Source of the DNA: Myxococcales bacterium | GTDB lineage: Bacteria > Myxococcota_A > Polyangia > Polyangiales > DASUME01 | NCBI GenBank assembly: GCA_047601445.1 | Contig: JASGJH010000001.1 | Span: 7,104,001-7,168,000 of the forward strand | DNA: 64,000 bases | Direction: 5' to 3' | Shown here: piece after piece, positions 28,503-37,393 of the stretch | How the letters are laid out: each line of letters begins with the position of its first letter | Position numbering within the stretch: position 1 is the first letter of the stretch | Program-made: the position numbers and the translations under genes | Notes under the pieces: model-generated | Told to the model about the DNA's origin: nothing | The model's database searches: none | The model's input: the letters and a program-made list of their open reading frames with translations, nothing else

Positions 28503-30222
28503 ATGGATGACGCGCGAAGCAGAAGCAGCGTGCTCGCGCCCCTGCATGCGCTCTCCGTGCTGGTGGTGGACGCCCAGGCCAGTGGGGCCACCCCTGCCCA
28601 TGGGGACCTACTCGAACTTGGCTGGAGCGTGTGCACTCCCCAGGCGCCACCCGCGGTCCCGGTCTCGCGCTGGGTCGTGCCGCGCACCACGCGACGCGTC
28701 TCCGGACCGGTGCGGGAATTGACGGGCTGGAGCGAGGCTTGTCTGGCAGAAGCCGTCTCGGAGCAGGCATTGTTCGAGGAATTCGACGCCACCGTGCGGG
28801 CCCTCGCGGAGCAAGGCGGCCTGCCGCTGGGCGTCCCGACCGTGATCCACTTTGCGCGCTTCGAGCTGCCCTTCCTGCGCGATCTCTATCAGCGGCTCGC
28901 CCCGGAACGGGGCTTCCCGCTCCAGATCGTGTGCACCCACCAGATCTCCGAGCGTCTCTTCCCGGACCTGCCGCGACGTAACATCCGCGCGCTCGCGGGC
29001 TTCCTGGGCCACTCGCCGGGCCTCTTGCGTCGAGCCGCTGGACACGTGGAGGCCAGCGCGTTCATCTGGTGCTCGCTGGCGTCCCGTCTCGCGGACCAAG
29101 GCATCCACGACTGGCACGAGCTTTCGCAGTGGTTGACCCAGCCCGCGGCGCGTACCCGCAGCGCGCGCCGCAGCTACCCGCTCCCGGTAGAGCGTCGCCG
29201 GGCGTTGCCCGACAAGCCCGGGGTGTACCGCTTCTTGCGCCCGAACGGCGACGTGATCTACGTAGGCAAGGCCACCAGCCTCAAGAAGCGCATCGCGGGC
29301 CATTTCCGCAGCGGAGGCAAGGCCACCGAGCGCGCGCTCGAGCTCCTCACCCAGGTCCACGACATCGACTTCACGGAGACTCCCAGCGTGCTCGAGGCGG
29401 CTCTGCTCGAGACCGACCAAATCAAGGCCCTCGATCCGCCCTACAATCTGCAGCTCAAGCTGGAAGACCGGCGCGCTTGGTTCGTCGATCGCAGGCGCGA
29501 TAGCGCCGCGTCGACACCCGACGGCGAGCACACGATTGGCCCGCTGCCCTCGCGCCGTGCCCTCCAGGCGCTGCCAGCCATGGTCACCCTGGCGGGGGGC
29601 GCGCAGATCACGCCGCAGTTGCAGGCGCGCGTGCTCTCGGTGCCGACACCCTGGTTGCCCGAGCCGGCCCTGTTCGCGGAGGGCTTCGCGGCCTTCGAGC
29701 GCGAGCTGCTGCGCGCGGTGGCGGGCCCGCCGCTCACGCGGGTGCTCCAGGCATCGCGCGCGCTGTGGCTCACACGCCGCTATGCCGAGCTCGAGTCGGA
29801 CAGCGACGAGGAGACCGATGAGCTCTGGGATCTGGCCCGCGTGCGCCGACGTTTGGAGCGCGGGCTCGTGCATTCGGGGTTGCTGGAGCGCCGTGCGCGC
29901 TGGTTGTGTCTACTCTCCGAGTGCGATCTCGCCTTTCGCGAGCGCGGCATGCCGCAGCCGCGGGCCCTCAGCATGCGAGCAGGGGAGATCACCTCACTCG
30001 GCGAGCTCTCGAGCCTGGTCGATTCTCGCGGGCCTGCCTCCTCATGGGTTGGGACCGCGTGCACGGCGTCAGGGGTGCTTCGACGCGACCCGCTACGACC
30101 GCCTGAGAGTGCTCGCCACCGAGCTCGCGCGGGTCCAGAGCGAACAAGGCGAGCTAGCCCTGCGTTTGGGGCGCCACGTGCTCAGTGGGGACCCATTGAC
30201 CCGGCTCATGCGGTTGGTTTGA
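28503..30222 (+). CDS. DnaQ-like exonuclease-fold / GIY-YIG (UvrC N-terminal type) fusion, apparent +1 frameshift near 30018
   Basis: 'PGVYRFL..IYVGKATSLKKR..E..PPYN'; in-frame stop is 30329, but the protein-like C-terminus reads in the +1 frame to 30222. Confidence 0.75.
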
Positions 30223-30325
30223 CCGAGCGCGCTGACAACTACCGCAAGCAGCGAGCGGGCACGAGCACGGGCTCGCCGGCAAGATTGCCCGCTGGCACGG
30301 CGGCAGGCGGACGGGGCAGCGCCTG

Positions 30326-30799
30326 CTAGGCCGGCGTGATCCGCTGATACTTGGCCGCCTGGCCGCAGCGCTCGCCGGCGGCGTCCAACAGGTTCCACAT
30401 CGTGACCTCTTCGATCCAGAAGCGTCGACCGGACTTGGCGATTCGCAGCCCACGGTAGCCCTCGGCGTAGCCGTGGATTCTCACTTGCTGCACGAAGTGC
30501 TCGCGCTCCTCGCGTCGGTCGGGCTCCGCTGACAGCCGCGACGGGAGCCCCAGGAACTCCGCGGCCGAGTACTCGAAGCAGCGCAGCACGGTTTGGTTGG
30601 CGTAGGTGAAGCGCGGGTCGGCTTCCGCGCTGTGCGCGAGCAGGCAGAAGGGCGCCTCGGCGTAGAGCCAGTGGGCCAGGCTCGGAAGGTCGTCGTCCTT
30701 CACGCCCGCGACACGCTCGACCAAAGGTCGTCCCAGCAGGCGCCGGTGCGAGTCGAGGATGATGCGGACATGGGCGAGGTCGTAGGGCAGGGCAGTCAC
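30326..30799 (-). CDS. Stand-alone MEKHLA domain protein
   Basis: 'APFCLLAH..DPRFTYAN', 'PSRLSAE', 'GRRFWIE..WNL..GQAA'. Confidence 0.9.
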   Translation of the reverse strand: MTALPYDLAHVRIILDSHRRLLGRPLVERVAGVKDDDLPSLAHWLYAEAPFCLLAHSAEADPRFTYANQTVLRCFEYSAAEFLGLPSRLSAEPDRREEREHFVQQVRIHGYAEGYRGLRIAKSGRRFWIEEVTMWNLLDAAGERCGQAAKYQRITPA

Positions 30800-30834
30800 G
30801 GCGAGGATCCTTCGGTGCTAGGCTGGTTCCTACC

Positions 30835-31611
30835 ATGTTCGATTGGTGGCGAGAGCGTAAGCGCGAGCAAATCCTGGCCGAGCCCTTCCCTGAGCCGCAA
30901 CGCGCAGTGCTCGAGCGCAACGTGGCCCACTACCGACGACTCGATGCCGACGAGCAGCAGCGTTTGCGAGATCTAGTGCAGGTCTTCGTGGCCGAGAAGC
31001 ACTGGGAGGGGTGTGGTGGGCTCGAGCTCAGCGAGGACATGAAGTTCACCATCGCGGCCCAGGCGTGCATATTGATCCTGGAGCTTCCCCACCGGCTGTA
31101 CGAGAACGTCGAGTCCATCTTCGTGTACCCGAGCGCAGTGCTGAGGCCCGAGCAAGAGCAGGGCGTGTTCACGCGCTCGCGCAACTTGGTCGCGAGCGGC
31201 CCCATTGCCCTCCTCGGAGAGGCGCACGTGCGAGGTCCCGTGGTCTTGGCGTGGGACCGCGTGCTGCGCGACGGACAACACGAGCGCGACGGTCATAACC
31301 TCGTCTACCACGAGTTCGCGCACAAGCTGGACATGCTCGATGGTACGCCGGACGGCACGCCGCCGCTGGTCTCGCGCGACCAGCGTGAGCAATGGCACGA
31401 GGTCTGCGAGCGCGTGTTCTTGGATTTGCGGCGACGCACCCAGCGCGGCGAGCCCACCTTCATCGACCAGTACGGGTCCACCAACGAGGCGGAGTTCTTC
31501 GCCGTGATCACCGAGCAGTTTTTCGAGCAGCCGCGCGCCCTGCGCAAGGCTGAGCCCGAGCTCTACCAGGTGCTGAGCGCGTTCTATCGGCAGGACCCGG
31601 CCGCGCGCTGA
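30835..31611 (+). CDS. MtfA family zinc peptidase (M90)
   Basis: 'IAAQAC', 'NLVYHEFAHKLD', 'EFFAVITEQFFEQP'. Confidence 0.92.
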   Translation: MFDWWRERKREQILAEPFPEPQRAVLERNVAHYRRLDADEQQRLRDLVQVFVAEKHWEGCGGLELSEDMKFTIAAQACILILELPHRLYENVESIFVYPSAVLRPEQEQGVFTRSRNLVASGPIALLGEAHVRGPVVLAWDRVLRDGQHERDGHNLVYHEFAHKLDMLDGTPDGTPPLVSRDQREQWHEVCERVFLDLRRRTQRGEPTFIDQYGSTNEAEFFAVITEQFFEQPRALRKAEPELYQVLSAFYRQDPAAR

Positions 31612-32039
31612 GGCGTGCGAGCGGAAGCTCAAGCCCCGGCGCCTTGGGTCGCAGACAAAGTGAGCTGTGAAGCTTCCCAGCGCCCATGAACGATTTCTCT
31701 CGCTGATAAATTACTCAGACGAGGCAGAGCGTGGGCAAAGTCTGCGTGCGATCCGCAGCGTGAGGACCCTCCGAGAGATTGGACTCCAAACCCGCTGCGT
31801 AAGGTTTGTTCAAGTGAAACGGCGAAAAAAACCGGCGAAGTTGAAGCCTTGCCCAAGCTGCTGTGCCGTGAAATTTTCGCCCTTGGAGGGCTTGCCATCC
31901 GGGGCCTTGGGGTGTTCTTCCCAAGCCTTATTCGAGGCTATCGCACTCCACCTCTCAGGCGCTCTCAGCCTGGGCTGTTCTCCTTCCAAAATGCCGATGG
32001 CTCAGCCAGTGGGCGCTATCATGGCGCCCGGTAAGAGTC

Positions 32040-33137
32040 ATGACTTGGTTGAACAGTCTCCTGGATACGGCCGGATTCCCCGCGCGGTGGCACTGCGGCA
32101 ACTGGACACCCCTGCACGGTTGGCTTCACGTGTCGGCCGACTTGCTGGTGTTCGGCGCCTACGCCGCGATCCCGGTGGCGCTCGTGTACTTCATCCGCAA
32201 GCGCAGCGACGTTCCGTTCTTGCCCATCTTGTGGCTGTTCGCCGCGTTCATTCTGGCCTGCGGCTTCGGACATCTGGTCGACGCCACCATCTTTTGGGCA
32301 CCGCGTTACCGGCTCCTGACGGGCTCGAAGCTCATCACGGCCCTGGTCTCCTGGACCACCGTCATCGCGCTCGTACGCGTGTTGCCCAAGGCGCTGGCCC
32401 TGCACGCAGACCTGGATCGACGCGTGCAAGATCGTACCGCCGAGCTCTCCGCCATGCTCGTGGAGCGCGAGGTGCTGCTGCGTGAAGTCCACCACCGCGT
32501 GAAGAACAACCTGCAAATGATCCTGAGTCTGATCAACCTCCAGCGTCGTCGAGTCTCCGATGGAGCGGGCGAAGAGGCTCTCGGCTTGTGCGCCTCGCGC
32601 GTGCTCGCCATCGCCCAAGTGCACGAGCTCCTCTACGAGACCAAGAATGCCTCGCGCATCCCACTGGCGGCCTACGTGCGGGGGCTGGTGAGCGGCCTCG
32701 ACGGGGGCGTCGGACTCCTGCCCAAGGTGAACATCGAGACCGACGTGGACGATGTGATGGTGTCCGTGGAGAGCGGTGTGCCCTGTGGGCTCATCCTCAA
32801 TGAACTTCTGGCCAACGCCATCAAGCATGCCTTTCCCGGCGAGCGCCGGGGGACCATTAGCGTCTCCGTGCGCCGCTCGGCACCGGGTGAGCTCACCCTT
32901 CAGGTGCGCGACGACGGCGTCGGCCTGCCACCGGACTTCGACACTAGGCCCGGCAATTCTCTTGGGCTCAGCATCGTGCGCCGGTTGGCCAGCCAGTTGA
33001 AGGGCGAGCTCACTATCTCGCGCGAGCAGGGCACCACGTTTCGGGTCTCGTTCCCCGCGCAAGACCTGGTGCTGCGCGGTGAGGGGAGCGCGCCCCCTGT
33101 ATCCACGAACGTTCGACTGGAGGCCGCACTGCCATGA
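32040..33137 (+). CDS. Sensor histidine kinase (HisKA_2 type) with ETR1-like ethylene-binding TM domain
   Basis: 3-TM N-terminus 'ADLLVFGAYAAIP..FILACGFGHL..KLITALVS'; 'EVHHRVKNNLQ', 'NAIKHAF', 'DDGVG', 'SLGL'. Confidence 0.9.
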   Translation: MTWLNSLLDTAGFPARWHCGNWTPLHGWLHVSADLLVFGAYAAIPVALVYFIRKRSDVPFLPILWLFAAFILACGFGHLVDATIFWAPRYRLLTGSKLITALVSWTTVIALVRVLPKALALHADLDRRVQDRTAELSAMLVEREVLLREVHHRVKNNLQMILSLINLQRRRVSDGAGEEALGLCASRVLAIAQVHELLYETKNASRIPLAAYVRGLVSGLDGGVGLLPKVNIETDVDDVMVSVESGVPCGLILNELLANAIKHAFPGERRGTISVSVRRSAPGELTLQVRDDGVGLPPDFDTRPGNSLGLSIVRRLASQLKGELTISREQGTTFRVSFPAQDLVLRGEGSAPPVSTNVRLEAALP

Positions 33138-33778
33138 ATAGCGAGTTGTCACGCTTCGAGGAAAGTCCAGGCCGCGTCATGATCGTCGAGGACGATCGTC
33201 TGGTCGCCCTCGATCTGGAGACCATGTTGGAGGGCTTCGGTTTCAAGCTGTGCCCGACGGCCCACTCGGCCGAGGACGCGCTGGACATCGCCCACCGTCA
33301 TCAGCCCGACCTGGTGCTGATGGACATTCGCCTGGAAGGCGAGATGGACGGGATCACCGCGGCTTCCGTGCTGAGCGAGAAGCTGGGCATCCAGGTGGTC
33401 TACTTGACCGCCCACTCGGATCTCTCCACCGTGAACCGCGCCAAGGAGACGCATCCTTACGGGTATCTGCTGAAGCCCGTGCGCGCCCTCGACCTGCGCT
33501 GCTGTCTGGAGGTAGCCCTGCACAAGGCGCGGCACTCGCCGCACTCGTCCGGCAGCGAGTCCAAGACGGTCTCGTCGACCCTGCTCAACGGGCTCAGCGC
33601 CCGCGAAGTCGAGGTGCTCGGGCTGATCGCGCGCGGCCACACCAGCAAGGACATCGCCCAGGTCCTCAACATCGCCAAGCCCACCGTGGACACCTACCGC
33701 AGCCGCCTGGCCGACAAGCTCGGCGTGCGCAGTCGCAGCGAACTGGTGGCCATCGCGGGCCGAGCCGGCCTCTTGTAG
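33134..33778 (+). CDS. Response regulator (REC + LuxR HTH)
   Basis: 'IVEDD', 'LVLMDI', 'LLKP'; 'LSAREVEVL..TSKDIA..TVDTYRSRL'; ATGA overlap with the kinase. Confidence 0.93.
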   Translation: MNSELSRFEESPGRVMIVEDDRLVALDLETMLEGFGFKLCPTAHSAEDALDIAHRHQPDLVLMDIRLEGEMDGITAASVLSEKLGIQVVYLTAHSDLSTVNRAKETHPYGYLLKPVRALDLRCCLEVALHKARHSPHSSGSESKTVSSTLLNGLSAREVEVLGLIARGHTSKDIAQVLNIAKPTVDTYRSRLADKLGVRSRSELVAIAGRAGLL

Positions 33779-33940
33779 AGCACCCCCTAGTACTCCGAAA
33801 ACGCCCTGAAACGTTGGCGATTTCGCCGGAAAACGGGCGGACAGCACATTTTTGTCCGCTTTTCCGACGCGATTGTCGAGACCGGGTCCTTCGGCGTTGG
33901 AACGACTCACGAATTCCTCGAATCGACCGGGCCTCCAGGG

Positions 33941-33955
33941 TGGCATGCGGCGTGC
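33941..33955 (+). promoter_or_regulatory. Putative sigma54 promoter
   Basis: TGGCATGCGGCGTGC (GG-N10-GC); inverted repeat GCGGACA-N9-TGTCCGC at 33837-33859 upstream. Confidence 0.55.
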
Positions 33956-34004
33956 GATGAGCGGCTTCAGACATCCGTCGCCACCCTTCGCCATCAGGTC
34001 CACC

Positions 34005-34202
34005 ATGCCTCCGTTCACGTCGATCGATGCGGCCTCCTTCCTCGGCTACGCGACCTTCGCCTGGGCCCTCTTCGTCAGCGCGGCCCTGCTTTCGCCGCCC
34101 GTCGCCGACGAGCCACGACCGGCCTCGGCCCGCACGCGCACCCTGGCCAAGCTGGCCCGCAGACGCAGCAGCTTGGCTCCGCGCGAACCGCGCCACGACT
34201 GA
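34005..34202 (+). CDS. Small membrane protein (65 aa), tentative
   Basis: One TM-like segment with basic tail; sigma54-like promoter 50 nt upstream. Confidence 0.4.
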   Translation: MPPFTSIDAASFLGYATFAWALFVSAALLSPPVADEPRPASARTRTLAKLARRRSSLAPREPRHD

Positions 34203-34338
34203 AGACCGCGAACCACCGCACTGGTCACGCAGGCGGATGAGCGCTTACCTCGGTCACTTGTAATTACTTGTCTCGCTTCCATAGCGAGCGTGCGATCGGT
34301 GCCCACTCAAAGGGCGATCCATGCCGAAGGAGGCACCC

Positions 34339-35073
34339 ATGAATGCCAAGCATTTCACGGCGCTTGCCCTGTGTTCCGGGCTCTTGGCCTGCAACAGCGG
34401 GAAGCAGCTGGAGCGAGCCGAGGAGACGCAAGCGGAGCACGCCCAGAGCGCGGCGGAGAAGCAAGCCGAGCTCGACAGCAAGCAACGAGACCAGCAGCAG
34501 AGGTTGTCGCGCGATATCGCAGAAGAGAACAAAGACCTCAAGAACGAGGAGATCAAGACCGAGGACCAGATGGCGAACACGGCCGAGCGGGCGGCCAACA
34601 AGCTCAACGCCGAGCAAGCCGAATACAACGAAGATCGCGTGAAGGTCGGCACCGACCAGGCGATGAAGCGCGAGGATCTCAACGAAGAGCAGCAAGAGCA
34701 GCGCGCCAAGCTCGACAAGAAGCTCGCCGACCAGCGCAGCGAGGACGCCGAGCGCGTTCAGAAGGCCGAGGCCAAGGTCCAGGAGCGGCGCAACGAGATC
34801 GCCAAGGATTCGCGCGAGCAACTCACGGACCTCGATCAGCGCACCGTGAGTGTGCGCAACAAGGTCGCCGATGCCGCGGACGCCGAGACGCGCGACAAGG
34901 CGAACAAGGAGCTGGCGGCCGTGCCGGCCCAGCGCGATGCCATCGAGCGAGACATCGAAGCCCTCGACACCATCAAGGCCGAGAACCTGAGCCGCGCCCG
35001 GTCGCAGCTCAAAGATCGTCTGTCGAACCTGGACGACACGCTCGACCGCGCCGAGAACGACCTGGTGCGCTGA
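34339..35073 (+). CDS. Coiled-coil hydrophilic lipoprotein
   Basis: AAGGAGG RBS, lipobox LLAC, E/K/Q/D/A-rich helical sequence. Confidence 0.85.
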   Translation: MNAKHFTALALCSGLLACNSGKQLERAEETQAEHAQSAAEKQAELDSKQRDQQQRLSRDIAEENKDLKNEEIKTEDQMANTAERAANKLNAEQAEYNEDRVKVGTDQAMKREDLNEEQQEQRAKLDKKLADQRSEDAERVQKAEAKVQERRNEIAKDSREQLTDLDQRTVSVRNKVADAADAETRDKANKELAAVPAQRDAIERDIEALDTIKAENLSRARSQLKDRLSNLDDTLDRAENDLVR

Positions 35074-35208
35074 CGAAGGTGCCGAGCGCGCGGCGCGAGA
35101 GCGAGCCCCGGCATCGCCTCCTCGGCCCATTTCGTGTTCGGGCCTCGAAACGCTGTGCCGTCACTGCGCCGGTTCGTGAGCGAAGCGGACCCGCGCTGAG
35201 GCGAGACC

Positions 35209-35281
35209 GCGGGAAGGTCGCGTGAGCTCCCCGCGATAAGCCGCGACGGCGGGGAAGTCGCATGGCCCCCCTGTGATAAGC
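35209..35281. repeat. Two tandem (40-nt period) copies of a palindromic intergenic element
   Basis: GCGGGAAGGTCGCGTGAGCTCCCCGC-GATAAGC plus a degenerate copy; 24/26 identical to the reverse complement of 61382-61407. Confidence 0.7.
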
Positions 35282-35283
35282 GT

Positions 35284-35718
35284 CTAGCTGAGGCGCTTCT
35301 TGAGCGCGCTGATCGCATCGTGGGTCCGCTTCTGCTCGGGTAGCAGCCGCGTCTCCACGAGCTGACGCGCTTCGATGTCCAGGTCCTTCATGTCCCGTCG
35401 GTAGTCGTCTCGCCCGTGGTCTTCGCCCTCCTCGAGCACGGCGATGGCGGTCTTCTCTCCGAGTGCCGTCGCCGTTCCTTCCACAGCCATGGCAAATTGC
35501 CCCCACAGCCCCGACGTCTGTGCCGGCGTGCCGCCACGAGGCCTGATCTCATCCGACAGCTCGGAGACGCGCGTGGAGTGGGATTGCTCGCACGCCTGCA
35601 GGATGGCCTGGTGTGACGGAAGCTTCTTGATCGCCTGCCGATACGCCTCGACCGCCGACAGCTCACCGCGCAGGAACGAGTTCAAGTGGTTCACGGTGTC
35701 GATATTCGTGGCTGCCAT
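35284..35718 (-). CDS. Ferritin-like four-helix bundle protein (DUF2383/PA2169 type)
   Basis: AGGAGG RBS; 'LNSFLRGELSAVEAYRQA', 'LEEGEDHG..DY'. Confidence 0.88.
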   Translation of the reverse strand: MAATNIDTVNHLNSFLRGELSAVEAYRQAIKKLPSHQAILQACEQSHSTRVSELSDEIRPRGGTPAQTSGLWGQFAMAVEGTATALGEKTAIAVLEEGEDHGRDDYRRDMKDLDIEARQLVETRLLPEQKRTHDAISALKKRLS

Positions 35719-35756
35719 GGTTCCTCCTGGGGTTTGGAACAGGTTCACCACAGCTC

Positions 35757-35772
35757 GCATCAACTGGGCCAA
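35757..35772 (-). promoter_or_regulatory. Putative sigma54 promoter
   Basis: Minus strand TTGGCCCAGTTGATGC, about 39 nt upstream of ATG 35718. Confidence 0.55.
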
Positions 35773-36154
35773 GGTCGCAGCCGCGCCCATCCCGCGTCGC
35801 ACGCGACTTGGCCGTCTCTCGAGGGCTGCGAGGGAGGTGCGGCGCAGGTCGTGTCAGCCGCTTGCGTACGTGTGCGCCAAACGTCTCCCGCCGCCGCCAG
35901 AACGCGAGACCGTCAGATCTTCCAGACTCTCTCCGCGCTGACTCGCCGTCGTGCAGAGTTGGTTTCGATTGCTTCGTGTTTGCAACGCGGCGCTGCTCGA
36001 ACGCCCGTTGTGGTCACTGGCGGCGGAGTTTTACTCTTGTTTTGCTATGCGAATCGTCGCCGCGATTACACGCGCGAGGGGGGTCGATGGCCGCGCGTAG
36101 TGCCTGCGAGGTTGCATCTTGCAATGCGCGAATGAGGCTGATTGAATTTACAGC

Positions 36155-36586
36155 ATGAGCTTCCCCCGTCGCATGGGGCCAGCCCTCGCGCTGGCCACAC
36201 TGATCTCGTTTACCCACGTCGCGTCTTCGCACGCCGACGACATCACCAGCGGCAGCAGTGCACCCGCCGCAGAACTCACCATCAGTGCACCTGCCACCAT
36301 CGATGCCAACTGGTACACCGGCGGTACGCTGCACAAGGCGACCGCTCGCGAGTGGCTCCAGGGCAGCACGCAAAATCAGCTGGCCACCGCCTCTGATTGG
36401 GTGCTTACGTCCAAGGACCAGAAAGCCAAGGTTGACGCCGCAGCAGGCAACATGAGCCTGGTGCTGCCTTCGGCCGACAAACTTCGTCAGTGCATCAACG
36501 CGGCGCTACGACGCCACTCGGACCTGTACTCGAGCATGCCAGCGTCCGACATCGCCATGACCTGCATGATCACGCTCAAGATCTGA
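36155..36586 (+). CDS. Secreted hypothetical protein
   Basis: Signal peptide (SHA|D); 'WYTGGTLHKAT..EW' domain with 2 Cys. Confidence 0.7.
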   Translation: MSFPRRMGPALALATLISFTHVASSHADDITSGSSAPAAELTISAPATIDANWYTGGTLHKATAREWLQGSTQNQLATASDWVLTSKDQKAKVDAAAGNMSLVLPSADKLRQCINAALRRHSDLYSSMPASDIAMTCMITLKI

Positions 36587-36628
36587 TACCTCGCTCCTGA
36601 ATCGGGTGGCGGGGGCCTCCGAACGAAA

Positions 36629-37129
36629 TCACTTCTTCGCGCTACGTGCGACCTGGGCGGCCGTCTTGAGCCAGCCGCGCACGGCAGCCAGCGGTAGCTC
36701 CTCGAGCGACGTCAGCTTGAGGTGGCGGCCTGTTTTTCCTTCGCCCGTGAGGCGCTGCTCCGGGTCGGCGTAGGTTCCGGGCGGACCGGATAGAATCAGG
36801 TTTACATGGGCCTTGTGCGCGCCGAGCGCGCACACCGTGGCGCCGCCAATCGAGTAGAAGGGCATGCCCCACTTGAGCGAAGACTCGGCCTCGGGCGCAG
36901 CTTTGTCGACCAGCTCACGCAGTTTTTCCAGGATGGCGCGCAGCGGGGGCGGCTGCTTGGCGAAGAAGGCGTCGATGGGTGCGCCGAAGTCTGCCCGCGC
37001 CATGGGGCGCGCGCGCTTGGTTTTGGCGGGGGATTGGGCCTTGGCGGCGGGACGCTTGACGCTCGACGTCTTGCTCGGCCGCTTGGCGGGGGCTTTTTTC
37101 GCCGTGGTTTTCGCGGGGCTGCCCTTCAC
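36629..37129 (-). CDS. DUF1801 (YdhG-like) protein with Lys/Ala/Pro-rich N-terminal tail
   Basis: 'LRELV..AAPEAESSLKWGMPFY', 'LTGEGKTGRHLK'. Confidence 0.85.
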   Translation of the reverse strand: MKGSPAKTTAKKAPAKRPSKTSSVKRPAAKAQSPAKTKRARPMARADFGAPIDAFFAKQPPPLRAILEKLRELVDKAAPEAESSLKWGMPFYSIGGATVCALGAHKAHVNLILSGPPGTYADPEQRLTGEGKTGRHLKLTSLEELPLAAVRGWLKTAAQVARSAKK

Positions 37130-37393
37130 GGGCCAAGCCTGGCACGCGGCGATGGCGGCGCGCCACCGATTGGCACCATGGTTGGACCACCGCTGTTTTG
37201 CCCCGACCTGAGGACAAAGGTCGTTCCGCGGCGATGGGCTCTTTCCGAGCTCGGATGATCGGAGGGGATACGGAGTTGGCCGATTCGATTACACCAGCGC
37301 CCGCCCCCAACTCGGAGTAGCCCGAAAAACTAGGGTTGTCAGGCCCTTACAAGCGGTGCAAACCTGGCCATTCGTGTCTCAAGGGGGGGGTGC

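Noticed and set aside
31612..32039. Riboswitch/ncRNA or 272-aa ORF upstream of the kinase
   Set aside because: No recognisable riboswitch consensus; the ORF has atypical composition and overlaps the kinase out of frame
37171..37185. Sigma54 promoter for WS/DGAT (TGGCACCATGGTTGG)
   Set aside because: Lacks the invariant -12 GC and lies more than 200 nt from the start
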